Positions 1 to 9,426 of a DNA stretch of 53,437 nucleotides are shown here, in pieces. Position numbers and translations under genes: made by a program. The DNA lies in the IMG/VR virus record IMGVR_UViG_3300037195_001613, positions 1-53,437 of that record; one strand, given 5' to 3'. This stretch comes from a virus. Lineage: Duplodnaviria; Caudoviricetes. The stretch's first letter is position 1. The number at the start of each line of letters is the position of its first letter. A model generated the notes under the pieces. It was not told the DNA's origin and made no database searches. It saw only the letters and a list, made by a program, of their open reading frames with translations.

Positions 1-98
1 ATGAAACAACTCCCCTACCTCTTCTCCTAAACCCAATAGGGTTTGGTATGATTCAGTAAAGGGGAAATTCTTTTTTGCCCATTCTTTGTGCTCTAATT
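1..98. repeat. terminal direct repeat, copy 1 (circular assembly overlap)
   Basis: 1-98 is identical to 53339-53436. The next base differs (g at 99, a at 53437). Confidence 0.95.
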
Positions 99-120
99 GA
101 AGTTCAGTTAATGTTTTCAT
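1..120 (-). CDS. MazG-like nucleotide pyrophosphohydrolase, 5' part (continues across the junction into 53338-53138)
   Basis: ATG at 120 gives MKTLTELQLEHKEWAKKNFPFTESYQTLLGLGEEVGELFH, in frame with the 53138-53374 ORF. Confidence 0.85.
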   Translation of the reverse strand, partial: MKTLTELQLEHKEWAKKNFPFTESYQTLLGLGEEVGELFH

Positions 121-134
121 TCTTTATGCTCTTT

Positions 135-193
135 AAAAAAGATAAGATGGGGAGAACTGGGCCGATGCTAAAGAACAGGCTCCCCACCTCATC
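135..193 (-). terminator. intrinsic terminator after the SSB and small membrane gene
   Basis: Minus-strand stem gatgaggtggggag/ctccccatcttatc (with G-U pairs) followed by a T6 run. Confidence 0.7.
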
Positions 194-274
194 ACGTTTA
201 AAACAGACGATCTAATGTTTTGGCAATAAGAATCATCTATTTAGGTATTGCAAAGTCTATGATATTTATCTTAT

Positions 275-394
275 TCACAATCCTTCATATTCCGATAATG
301 CAACTATGGCAATGGTTAAAACGAATCCAGTAAGGACACCTGCCCAGAATGCAGTAAATCCAACAAGGAAAAGAGTAGACTTATAATGCCTCAT
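275..394 (-). CDS. small single-TM protein (39 aa, not in ORF track)
   Basis: MRHYKSTLFLVGFTAFWAGVLTGFVLTIAIVALSEYEGL; ATGA overlap with the stop of 391-918. Confidence 0.55.
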   Translation of the reverse strand: MRHYKSTLFLVGFTAFWAGVLTGFVLTIAIVALSEYEGL

Positions 395-918
395 TCTTCT
401 GATTCTTCTTTAATCAACCTATCAAGAAGATTATCAGGATAGAATCTTTTAATCTCTGCTTCTGTGAGTAAAGAAGCTACTTCAGAATAAGAAAAGGATT
501 TCATATAGGATACTTTAGTAAATGCAGATTCCGTTTGCTGTGTAATAATAGTTTGAGCATGCACCTCTACTACTCTGCCCTCTAATGGTTGATCCTCTCC
601 GCATGCCTCGATACATACCTCTTCTGTAATCTCATCCTCATGTACATTTACTGCACATGCGAGAAAACCTTTAATATTCGGCAGGAAATAATCTTCTTGT
701 TTCCTAGAAATAATATGAGTCATCTTATTACCCACACCATTTGATCCATCTTGGGCTGCAATATGATGTAATGCAGTCATTTCAATAATGAAATTAGGAA
801 TCTTATTTCTGCTTTCACTTGCCTTTACTTTATCAATCCGGGCTAAGTATTGCCCTGGTTGAATATAACTTGAAGACTTGGTGGCCTGAGCTTGTTTAAT
901 TCCGTCAAAAAGACCCAT
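391..918 (-). CDS. probable single-stranded DNA-binding protein (DUF669-like OB fold)
   Basis: YIQPGQYLARIDKV N-terminal pattern, acidic C-terminus, position in the replication module. Confidence 0.55.
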   Translation of the reverse strand: MGLFDGIKQAQATKSSSYIQPGQYLARIDKVKASESRNKIPNFIIEMTALHHIAAQDGSNGVGNKMTHIISRKQEDYFLPNIKGFLACAVNVHEDEITEEVCIEACGEDQPLEGRVVEVHAQTIITQQTESAFTKVSYMKSFSYSEVASLLTEAEIKRFYPDNLLDRLIKEESEE

Positions 919-976
919 GATATTTTCCTTTATTTAGTTTTGGTTTTAATTCCGTTTCCCTTTTCATATCTCTAAA

Positions 977-1180
977 TCAGGTCATATTTTCTATCCTTTC
1001 TAAAATCCCATCCAGTGCTGTTCGTATATTTAAATTACTAATAGGACAACATAATTGACAATATGCATGGGCATCAAATAAGTCATAATACCAAACTTCT
1101 CCTGGAAGGAAATGGTGATTGCATCCCTTACATGGTAATTGACACCTGTCTGTTCTTTCTTTAAAGTGATGATAGCTCAT
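977..1180 (-). CDS. small Cys-rich (Zn-binding) hypothetical protein
   Basis: CKGC and CQLC pairs; ATGA overlaps at its start. Confidence 0.6.
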   Translation of the reverse strand: MSYHHFKERTDRCQLPCKGCNHHFLPGEVWYYDLFDAHAYCQLCCPISNLNIRTALDGILERIENMT

Positions 1181-3192
1181 TGTCCAAATCGCTCATCCAT
1201 TTCCTCTTTCATTTTACGATCCAATCTTTTCACATCAAATCCTCTTTCCCTTAGAAAATCACTAGGGTAGGTTTCGGGAAAAGGATCGTAGTGAGCATAC
1301 ACTAGTTTTTGTCTTGCACCAGTACTAGAATGAATATAAAGAGAATCTTGTAATGTTGCTGCAAAGCATTCAAAATCAAATCCCGTATACAATAGCAAAT
1401 CCACATACAGATCTTCGGCTTTTTGCTCGTTTCTATGTAACCTTCCTAACGTCTGCTCTGCGCGAGACGCAACCCTCGGCCATTGTACAAATAATTGATT
1501 CTGATGAAATTGTAAATTCTTGCCTGTACTGTGGGCCATGATCGAAGCTATTACTATACGATCTTTAGTGCTTGGGTCAATAATTTTCTCATTGTGTTCG
1601 TCCCCTGAGGGACAGAAGAGAGGGTTAAATTCCTGTAGATACTCATTTAACCAAATACCTATTTCCCTATTGTAGTACCATATAATCCCCCTTTCCAATA
1701 TTCTGGCCCAATGATACGCACATTGTATCTTATAATCACATACTCTTTTAGATCTGGTATACCTCTCTACTCTTCCTTCAAAATCTGCATCTCTCCTATC
1801 GCACCAATAAGTATACAATAGAGGACCGACTTGGGCTCCTTGATGATTCTTGATGCTGGTACCAATTAACTCAGGAGTATCTAACCCAGATCTATGCCCA
1901 TCTTTAAGAAATGATCTTACTTCTTTATGGTATTCCTGATCTGCAGTATGGTACATTTTAGATTTGATTAAGATTTCTTTGGCTACCTTCTCAGATACTC
2001 TTCTATCTTCCTGAATCTCTTGAATGGTTGGCCAGATTAATTCATTATAAAATCCTGCAGTTAGCTCATATAGCCATTTATATTTATGTAACACATATGA
2101 GATTTCGTCGTCATTAGGAGTTTTCCAATCATCTTTAACCTTTCGTATAAATTTAGTTAACTCTCCCATTTGCTCCTTATCTATAACCATTTTTATATCA
2201 TTTTTAGACGCATTGCATATGGTCAAAGAGGTATGAATATCAGCATCACCAGTACTAACTACATTAGGGCAGGATTCGAATCTGCATCTGTATGCTGTTC
2301 TAAATCCAAATGAGTCAAAAGTAAACTCTTCTTCTGGAAAATGCTTATCTGCCCATTTAATTAAAGGAGATATGTCCTCTAATTGACTTTTAGTCGGGGA
2401 CATCCCAGAATCCATTACTTGCATCCACGTAGCAAATTGTTGATATGAATTGGGTATAGGGGAATTTTCTTTTAAACAGCAATCTAATATATGTCTATAG
2501 TCTCGTATAGATTTACTAGTAATGGTTCCAGATAGTCCTACCAGATCGCAATCTAAATCTTTAATTACATGGAAAGTCCTTCTTGTTTTAGCAGATTTAA
2601 GATTTTTTAAGTTATGTACCTCATCTGCAATAATTAAATCAGGAGAAATAGACCTTAGACAATCCTCCCCATTAGAAGTGCTCATGGTACTATACGGAAG
2701 AATATACAATCCACTTATATCGCTTTGAGCTTTATTTAATCTATCCTTTGCACTACCTCTTAATCCAATAATTGGAACTGTTAATCTTATACGTTTGCGT
2801 GCCCATGTTATATCCCTTTGCATTAATTGAGGATACACAGTAGGTGGGATCATCAATACTACTTTATTTAATCCCTTTTCTTTTATAGCAATCTGAGCAA
2901 TGGAAAGAGTAATTAAAGTCTTACCCCATCCTACTCCAATGGAACCTAATAACTTACCTGTAGTTATATATAATTCTAATGCCTCTGCTTGGGGTTTAAA
3001 CAGCCTAAAACCAGACTCATAAGCATGGGCTTTTATGAATTCCTTTTCTACCGATTTTATATCTATCTCTTGTTTAATGGGCATGCCAAGAATTCTTGAC
3101 ATATCGGAAGTCACTGTAGTTTTCGCAAGAGAGGAAGAATAGGATTTTAGTTTAGTTAAGGCTTGCGTCATTATTGATTTAAGTGCAGTCAT
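1177..3192 (-). CDS. SF2 (SNF2-like) DNA helicase
   Basis: Walker A GVGWGKT, DEVH, motif III LSGT, motif VI QTLGRLHR. Confidence 0.9.
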   Translation of the reverse strand: MTALKSIMTQALTKLKSYSSSLAKTTVTSDMSRILGMPIKQEIDIKSVEKEFIKAHAYESGFRLFKPQAEALELYITTGKLLGSIGVGWGKTLITLSIAQIAIKEKGLNKVVLMIPPTVYPQLMQRDITWARKRIRLTVPIIGLRGSAKDRLNKAQSDISGLYILPYSTMSTSNGEDCLRSISPDLIIADEVHNLKNLKSAKTRRTFHVIKDLDCDLVGLSGTITSKSIRDYRHILDCCLKENSPIPNSYQQFATWMQVMDSGMSPTKSQLEDISPLIKWADKHFPEEEFTFDSFGFRTAYRCRFESCPNVVSTGDADIHTSLTICNASKNDIKMVIDKEQMGELTKFIRKVKDDWKTPNDDEISYVLHKYKWLYELTAGFYNELIWPTIQEIQEDRRVSEKVAKEILIKSKMYHTADQEYHKEVRSFLKDGHRSGLDTPELIGTSIKNHQGAQVGPLLYTYWCDRRDADFEGRVERYTRSKRVCDYKIQCAYHWARILERGIIWYYNREIGIWLNEYLQEFNPLFCPSGDEHNEKIIDPSTKDRIVIASIMAHSTGKNLQFHQNQLFVQWPRVASRAEQTLGRLHRNEQKAEDLYVDLLLYTGFDFECFAATLQDSLYIHSSTGARQKLVYAHYDPFPETYPSDFLRERGFDVKRLDRKMKEEMDERFGQ

Positions 3193-3425
3193 TATTGGTC
3201 TAGATCTATTTTACACAGCAACTCGGCATAATTATCATCTCTTAAGGAAATGCCGCTCCTATTAATGGGCCTAACTAACCAGTGTATTTTTTTAACCTTT
3301 AAAGGGGCGATCTCATCATAGAATTTCACTGTTTGGCCTATCTTAGGTATTGCTACATTAGAGCATAGTATAAATTTAGGTATATGTCCTTTAGGAAGAT
3401 TGAATTGAATATTGTTGCTACTCAT
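3192..3425 (-). CDS. hypothetical protein
   Basis: GGAGG RBS upstream; stop overlaps the helicase start. Confidence 0.6.
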   Translation of the reverse strand: MSSNNIQFNLPKGHIPKFILCSNVAIPKIGQTVKFYDEIAPLKVKKIHWLVRPINRSGISLRDDNYAELLCKIDLDQ

Positions 3426-3492
3426 CTAATGCCTCCTTTATGCAAAAATGATATTATCGTTTTATATGAGATTCTTTTCCATGGCAAAAGAT

Positions 3493-3789
3493 TCATGGCA
3501 CCAAACAGTTTGTATATGCTGTATTAATTTTTGCATAAAGATTTGGAGATCCATCTATAGCCTTTTTCATGGGATTTGATCCAGAGAAGGGATCAGCACA
3601 AACATCCCCCTCGATATTTTCCTTGTACAACGAGTCTATTAAATCTTTTACTTGTCCCCAACAAGAATCACATAAATCTAGATCCTCATTATTATCAGGA
3701 TATACTTCAACTGTTTCCGATTTACTTACGGTTATATAAGAAAAGGGATTTAATTGCTTAGCACAACAATCACAGCTTATTATCTTCAT
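3493..3789 (-). CDS. Zn-ribbon hypothetical protein (start trimmed to MKIISCDCC)
   Basis: CDCC...DLCDSC pattern common in small phage proteins. Confidence 0.6.
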   Translation of the reverse strand: MKIISCDCCAKQLNPFSYITVSKSETVEVYPDNNEDLDLCDSCWGQVKDLIDSLYKENIEGDVCADPFSGSNPMKKAIDGSPNLYAKINTAYTNCLVP

Positions 3790-3952
3790 GTATATCAGTT
3801 CCTGTTGTAGAAAAATTATCAGATTCAGATGTATAACTAATCTCTCTAGGCTTACAATATTGTATATGACAGCACACACAATACAGATCCGTAGGTAAGT
3901 CGCGTCCACAATTACTGCATCTAAGTACTGGTCTAGCTTCTGGTAATTTCAT
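3770..3952 (-). CDS. small Zn-finger hypothetical protein
   Basis: CSNC...CVCC; packed between coupled neighbours. Confidence 0.55.
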   Translation of the reverse strand: MKLPEARPVLRCSNCGRDLPTDLYCVCCHIQYCKPREISYTSESDNFSTTGTDIHEDNKL

Positions 3953-4080
3953 TTTGTAATCTTCAATTTACCATGCTTGGCTTCAAACATTTTTTTAGCT
4001 ACTGCTGCGTACTTAAGTAATTTCTGTCTTGAATTCTTTCCTTTCTTATAGATTATTGCTTTACCTGTTCCTTGTACCAT
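3949..4080 (-). CDS. small basic protein (43 aa, not in ORF track)
   Basis: MVQGTGKAIIYKKGKNSRQKLLKYAAVAKKMFEAKHGKLKITK; ATGA overlap with the next gene. Confidence 0.45.
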   Translation of the reverse strand: MVQGTGKAIIYKKGKNSRQKLLKYAAVAKKMFEAKHGKLKITK

Positions 4081-4084
4081 CCAA

Positions 4085-4273
4085 TTAAACTTCTTCAGGG
4101 CTTTTTGAACTTGTTGGCTCATAAATCATTTTCTCTATTAATACATAACATGCTAGACATACAGATATAACTTTTCTATGTTCCATACCCTCAGGGTCTA
4201 TATAGGCAGGGTATAGTATGTCTACTTTAGCGTATTCTACAGGTCTGCGGCATTTAGCACAATATTGCTCCAT
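4085..4273 (-). CDS. small Zn-finger hypothetical protein
   Basis: CAKC...CLAC; directly follows the nuclease stop. Confidence 0.6.
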   Translation of the reverse strand: MEQYCAKCRRPVEYAKVDILYPAYIDPEGMEHRKVISVCLACYVLIEKMIYEPTSSKSPEEV

Positions 4274-4274
4274 T

Positions 4275-6029
4275 TTAAATTCCTCTAATTACATTATCAG
4301 CATGCCCTACAAGAGCATCTCTAAATGCTACAATATCAGGACTATCTGAGGTACAAACCAAAGTATGTCCCTTATATTCCTCCATAATCCTATCAGACAT
4401 AGAAGCCAATGCATCTCGTCTATCAAAAGCAGGAATATGATAATAAGTATCTACCTTATGCTCAGAGGCGAGAGTCTTACCATATTCCATAAATAAGGTT
4501 TCTACATGAACTATCTTTCTACTATTAGAGGGGATGCAATTAATGCACAAAGTAGTGACAACTTTCAGAGGTGGTCTGCCTCTTTTCTTACCTACCTTCT
4601 TAACCCGTACCTCTGGTTCTTCCTCAGGTTCTACTTTTTTCTTCTTGATCTTTACAGGCTCAGTGTCTTCATCCGCTACATCCTCCTCTACTACTTTAGC
4701 CTCCTCAACCACTAATTGTTTTTCTGTCTTTTTACCGAAAACGAATTTCTTCTTTAGAGGGGATTCTTGTACTTCCTCTTCAAGTTCCTCCTCTTCCTCT
4801 TCTTGCAATTCTGGCTCTGCATCTGCTGGAACACTAATCTTACGCTTCTTTAGACTTTTGAAGATACTGCTAGTTTTGGTACTCACTTTTTTTTGCTCTA
4901 ATAAAATGACTTGATTTATTTTTAACTGACGACTTGATATAAGGATCTTTCCATTCTCTCTTACTATACTATAGTATTCAGATGGGTATCCTACTTTACT
5001 GTTACATATTCTACATGGTGTTCCTTTCTTGCTGAATCCGGGAATTGCATTATCCGAACATGCTTCGCAATTAGGCACTGACCAAGGAGCATGTTTAACT
5101 TCGATAAACCTAATAGCAGGAGACTCCAGAGACATATTAGCATTATTGATTGCAGTAGCTCTCTGTGTTAGAAAATCTTTAGGCTTCTTCCCATTGTGAC
5201 AGATACCCATCATTGGGCACCCACCATATCTGTTGCAAGTATTTCTCTTTTCTGGTCCTTCTATATTAGCCCATGATGTGATTTCTTTTTCTGTTTTTAG
5301 CTTTCGAATATCATCTAAGTTTTCTTCAATTAATTCAACAAACTCCTGCACCATATCTTGAGTAATTGATGTGGCTACAATCTTAATAGAGGGATTGTTT
5401 GGATCCTTTTGAATATAATTGTATTTTATAGTGATTTCGTCATCATCTGGAAAAATTACAAAATTGGCAAGAGCATATGTTAGCGCTCCCACATCTTTTT
5501 GTAGTTTGGCCTCACTCAGAGCCCATTTCAAATTACTAGTAGTTTTATGGTCCTCAATCAGATGTCGTTTAAAGACATCCATGTATCCCATTATATAGAT
5601 ACCAGGAGCTATAGGAATATAAAATTCCTGCTCAATCAGCATATCATCTTCTTTTACTATATGTCCTTCAGATATCAATACCTCTACTAATTGTTGGATT
5701 AAAGAGCACTCTTCGGGAGTAATTCTTATCTTAGGTCCGCTACCCCATTTATCTTCTGCAACATCCCAATCTAATGGATATAATTCTGCTGGCCTGCCAG
5801 ATACGTCTCTATCTAATTTATCGGATTTTAAATACCTCTCAAGTACAGCATGAGTTACAGTACCAAATGCCTGTCTGTCCGTAGGGATATCGGGAACTTT
5901 TATTACTTTCTCAAACCACCAAAGTCGCTTACATGCAAAGTAAGATTCGAATTGGGATTTGGATAATACAATGTCCCCTTTTTTAAATCTTGGCTTCTGA
6001 AATACCGTGAGATTCGGTTCTAATGACAT
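4275..6029 (-). CDS. PD-(D/E)XK (RecB/Cas4-like) exonuclease with long C-terminal extension
   Basis: LSKSQ...C, FGTVTH, E...GYMD...IEDHKT, C-x5-C-x5-C cluster; followed by a CEAC/CRIC pair, a charged low-complexity linker and KRGRP. Confidence 0.85.
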   Translation of the reverse strand: MSLEPNLTVFQKPRFKKGDIVLSKSQFESYFACKRLWWFEKVIKVPDIPTDRQAFGTVTHAVLERYLKSDKLDRDVSGRPAELYPLDWDVAEDKWGSGPKIRITPEECSLIQQLVEVLISEGHIVKEDDMLIEQEFYIPIAPGIYIMGYMDVFKRHLIEDHKTTSNLKWALSEAKLQKDVGALTYALANFVIFPDDDEITIKYNYIQKDPNNPSIKIVATSITQDMVQEFVELIEENLDDIRKLKTEKEITSWANIEGPEKRNTCNRYGGCPMMGICHNGKKPKDFLTQRATAINNANMSLESPAIRFIEVKHAPWSVPNCEACSDNAIPGFSKKGTPCRICNSKVGYPSEYYSIVRENGKILISSRQLKINQVILLEQKKVSTKTSSIFKSLKKRKISVPADAEPELQEEEEEELEEEVQESPLKKKFVFGKKTEKQLVVEEAKVVEEDVADEDTEPVKIKKKKVEPEEEPEVRVKKVGKKRGRPPLKVVTTLCINCIPSNSRKIVHVETLFMEYGKTLASEHKVDTYYHIPAFDRRDALASMSDRIMEEYKGHTLVCTSDSPDIVAFRDALVGHADNVIRGI

Positions 6030-8652
6030 TTTCTGCCAATTCCTCTAATGAAATTCCTTCTCTTTCAGCTACTAGCTGAGATAATTTGCTGCAGGGCATA
6101 CCATACTTTAATGAAATCTGTAACAGACTAGCCGGATCTATTTCATGCCACCTACCTCTCCTATTACCTAAAACAGTAGATTTCATAGTGGCTTTCTCTG
6201 CAAGATCCTTCATACATAAGGCCTTAAGGACAGTAGGGATACGCTTAAGGGTCAGGTCCCTAGATACTGATCTTTTCCTTGAGGATCCTTGCGAGAAATC
6301 TAATATGCCTTTTGTCAATACAAAGAGTCGTTTCTTTTTATCAATATGGAGTCCCTCGACTGCAGAAGGACATTCTATCATCTGTATAATAAGGTCGGCT
6401 ACCTGTGGCCCAATTCCAGAAACTAATAACAAATCATCAAACACTTCTTGATCTAAGGGTCCTTCCACAAGTAGCCGATTTCCACGTTCATATTTATTTC
6501 GTTGAGTGTACAACCACATAAAATGCATTGCTATTTTATACAATGAACCTACTCCCGCATCTGATGCTATCCACCCTGATGTATATGCTCTTCCTCCCTT
6601 TCGCTCCAACAAATTCTTAGCTTGGTGACTTGCTTGGATATGTAATAGACGAATTACTAATGCATCCCTATCCTCGGAAGAGAGATCTTGATTACCGATC
6701 ATATCTTTTATAACGGTTATATTATTTGCAGTAAAGATACATCTAATAGGAGTCCTAATCTGCATAATATCTAAATATTTTCTCTCCCCTTCTATACCAT
6801 CTCCCGATACGTAATGCCTAAATTGATCTATAAATCTCATCTGTCCTTGTTTAGGTAATGGTATCCCCTCATCAAATAGCATTATGGGAGTATGGAATAA
6901 CTGACTTTGGAAATTGGCAAATTCTTTTTGCTCAGCTACACATTCCGTATTGAAGCATTCAGCTAACCCTCTTACGAACATTTTCTTACCTGAGCCAGAT
7001 GCGCCAATGAGAGCAAGACCACAAATAGGTCCTTCCTCTACTGCTAATGCCCAGGCAATCCACCTACATAGATTATAATAGGTTTGATCTTCTTTATTGG
7101 CAAGGTGGTATAGCCACTCTTCTACTTTTTTATCTCGTGTAGGTTGAATGTTTGTTTTTCGGTTAAATGAATTGATCCTAAGTATTGGATTATCTGTATC
7201 AATCCCTTGTATATATGTGCCAGCCTCACACCCCATAATCTCGGATCTATGGATAATAGTAGCACTTCTATTTAAAAGAGTTTGCGACGTTATGGTATGC
7301 CTCTTACCTTCTTTGTATCCAGATAGGGGCAATACTTCTTGCATACCCAGTTCTCTAATACGTGCATGTAGAGTTGCTGAGTTAACGGGTATATGATCGA
7401 AGTATCCTGAAGGCCGCATGACGTGAATATTTTGCTTCCCAGTGGCCACTACAGATAGGCTGTGTTCGCGTATCCAAGTATTCTGTTCAGCATCAGATAA
7501 TTTAGATAGATGGGGATTCCATTCTGAGACTCCCGCTCTGATCCTGCCCCAAAAAGTCTGTTTCTTTGTCTGTTGCTTAGCTAATTTTCGTTGCTCTAAT
7601 GTCCATAATCTACATAGCTTATCCCATAGGACTTCTGTCCAATCTTGGACGTCCCTATCAGGATCTAATATAGCGACGCAATCGTAAAGCAGTCCATATA
7701 TCTTTTCTACAGTTATATCGTCCACTTCACACAATAAGGAAACGGCGCTACCTACCGCTTCCATGATCGCTACATCTCTATTGCCAGGGTTTGCTATAGG
7801 TTCAATAGGATCTGCAAAAATTATATCATGAATTTTCCTACCTTTTATTTTAGTATAGGCGGCAGTCATCCAAGAAGGAAAAGCTTTCTTGATTGACGTA
7901 TAATACATAGGTCTAAATTTTTCAATATCATCAGGGGAATCATTACTTAAATTAGAATCCAATGCGGGTAAATTAGAGTCCTTTACTGAGTTTCCCTCCA
8001 ATGGAGTAATCTCAGATAGGTCTAATTCAAAATCATTATATACTATTCCGGTTTGTCGTATGAAAGTCCTGTCCCAAGTAGGGGTCTCTCCGCGTAATAC
8101 AAAAGGAAGTCGAAATAATCTATTCCATTGATTGCATACAGGATCAAACTTTAGACCGGAAGTAATCATAAAATGTTTTACTATAGCATTGTAATAAGAC
8201 TCATGCCGGATTACAGGTATGGGTTTTTTTAATATATAAACCCACCTTGCGCCATGTTCAGTAAGATAGAAAACTGTAGGATTTCTGATTACAGTATCCT
8301 TACTGTTTCGTATCTGATCTAAGAATATATCATATTTTTGTTGTGTCCAAGAAGAATGATCGGGCAAATCAAAATCAAAAGCCATTATTCTAGTGAGTAC
8401 TTTATGCCCACTATCATCAATAGAAAAATGACTTTCTTTATTTAATCGTGGCCAACTCTTCTCTAGTTTATATGATTCGCTACGTACTTGATAAGTTACA
8501 AAATGTGCATCAGTATTATATTGGGATTTAAAACATTCTTTTATGTTCTTTGAGATATTTAAAAGTTGGATGTCATTGTTTGCAAATTCACTTAGATCGT
8601 TTATGCCTTTAATGTCCCTTGTATGAGACCAGGCTACCGCAACCTTTTTCAA
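5983..8652 (-). CDS. primase (AEP/PrimPol-like) fused to SF3 helicase
   Basis: N-terminal FDFD, TEHGARW and RLFRLP motifs; PriCT-like PGNRD; Walker A GASGSGK, Walker B LFDE, motif C FTANN. Confidence 0.8.
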   Translation of the reverse strand: MKKVAVAWSHTRDIKGINDLSEFANNDIQLLNISKNIKECFKSQYNTDAHFVTYQVRSESYKLEKSWPRLNKESHFSIDDSGHKVLTRIMAFDFDLPDHSSWTQQKYDIFLDQIRNSKDTVIRNPTVFYLTEHGARWVYILKKPIPVIRHESYYNAIVKHFMITSGLKFDPVCNQWNRLFRLPFVLRGETPTWDRTFIRQTGIVYNDFELDLSEITPLEGNSVKDSNLPALDSNLSNDSPDDIEKFRPMYYTSIKKAFPSWMTAAYTKIKGRKIHDIIFADPIEPIANPGNRDVAIMEAVGSAVSLLCEVDDITVEKIYGLLYDCVAILDPDRDVQDWTEVLWDKLCRLWTLEQRKLAKQQTKKQTFWGRIRAGVSEWNPHLSKLSDAEQNTWIREHSLSVVATGKQNIHVMRPSGYFDHIPVNSATLHARIRELGMQEVLPLSGYKEGKRHTITSQTLLNRSATIIHRSEIMGCEAGTYIQGIDTDNPILRINSFNRKTNIQPTRDKKVEEWLYHLANKEDQTYYNLCRWIAWALAVEEGPICGLALIGASGSGKKMFVRGLAECFNTECVAEQKEFANFQSQLFHTPIMLFDEGIPLPKQGQMRFIDQFRHYVSGDGIEGERKYLDIMQIRTPIRCIFTANNITVIKDMIGNQDLSSEDRDALVIRLLHIQASHQAKNLLERKGGRAYTSGWIASDAGVGSLYKIAMHFMWLYTQRNKYERGNRLLVEGPLDQEVFDDLLLVSGIGPQVADLIIQMIECPSAVEGLHIDKKKRLFVLTKGILDFSQGSSRKRSVSRDLTLKRIPTVLKALCMKDLAEKATMKSTVLGNRRGRWHEIDPASLLQISLKYGMPCSKLSQLVAEREGISLEELAENVIRTESHGISEAKI

Positions 8653-8702
8653 GAGGAAAACCCCGTTCTCTTTTTTTAGGTAAAAGGTGGTCCGACATTG
8701 TA

Positions 8703-8975
8703 CTATACTTCTTTTGATAGATTCAAGTCAATTTTAACATAAGGAAGCCAAAGGTTTTCTATTCCTTCTTTCATTTTTTGATTATATAGAAGTTCAATAC
8801 ATCTTTCTTGGAATGTTTTTTCTTCTTCAGTTCTCACATAGATAGTAACTCCTCTTCCATCATATTCGCATTCATCTAAAATAGCAATCAAATTAAAGTA
8901 CCCATCAATCAAATGAAATAATTCTGGGTTTGTAATTAGTGTAGCTAGATCATATAGCGTCTTAGCGGATGTCAT
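8703..8975 (-). CDS. hypothetical protein (start may extend to 9044)
   Basis: ORF in operon orientation; purine-rich RBS before ATG 8975. Confidence 0.5.
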   Translation of the reverse strand: MTSAKTLYDLATLITNPELFHLIDGYFNLIAILDECEYDGRGVTIYVRTEEEKTFQERCIELLYNQKMKEGIENLWLPYVKIDLNLSKEV

Positions 8976-9207
8976 GCTTATACCCTTCTCTATTGTATTG
9001 GGATTGTTCCTTATCATTGTCTGCAATATCAAAGGGTTTAACATTGCATTCCCGCTTCCATTTAATGATTTCTGCTCTCAGTTGATGGAAAGGTATAGTA
9101 TATTGTATCTCTAAATGTCCTTCTTTCATTTCAATAAGTTTATTTTTAGTATCTACTTTATTAATATTATCTGGATTTACATATTCACTATCATTTATTT
9201 TTATCAT
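8962..9207 (-). CDS. hypothetical protein
   Basis: MIKINDSEYVNPDNI start typical of small phage beta-rich proteins; operon orientation. Confidence 0.55.
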   Translation of the reverse strand: MIKINDSEYVNPDNINKVDTKNKLIEMKEGHLEIQYTIPFHQLRAEIIKWKRECNVKPFDIADNDKEQSQYNREGYKHDIR

Positions 9208-9243
9208 TTTATTACTTACTCTTCCATACCTACCTTTTGCTTT

Positions 9244-9426
9244 ATAAAAAAGCCTGTTCGAGTCGAGTCCTTTCGTCTCGTTTCTCCTCTCTTCTAAACT
9301 GTTCGACTCTGATTACTCTAAATCTTCTGTATTTTCTATAGGGTGGACAAGATAAAAAAGTCTGTTCTGCTCTTTTCCGATCTTGTCTGCTCTGTTCGAA
9401 TCTGGTCGTATCTGCTCTATTTACTC
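9244..9426 (-). repeat. two modules of 12 pentamers [NN-(A/C/G)GA] with conserved flanks; candidate ncRNA array
   Basis: Pentamer blocks at 9254-9313 and 9362-9421, 108 bp apart. On the minus strand each is preceded by GAGTA and ends in AACAG(A/G)CTTTTTTAT. Confidence 0.85.

Noticed and set aside
1-98. Biological terminal repeat
   Set aside because: Falls mid-gene and has the length of an assembler k-mer overlap.
4275-6029. CRISPR-associated Cas4
   Set aside because: No cas genes or CRISPR array; replication-module context fits a stand-alone phage exonuclease.
9115-9297. Plus-strand 60-aa ORF over the pentamer array
   Set aside because: Antisense to the operon, low complexity, no RBS; does not explain a 5-nt period.
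9244-9426. CRISPR array or simple microsatellite
   Set aside because: No 23-50 bp repeat-spacer structure; units are not identical copies, only the triplet positions are conserved.
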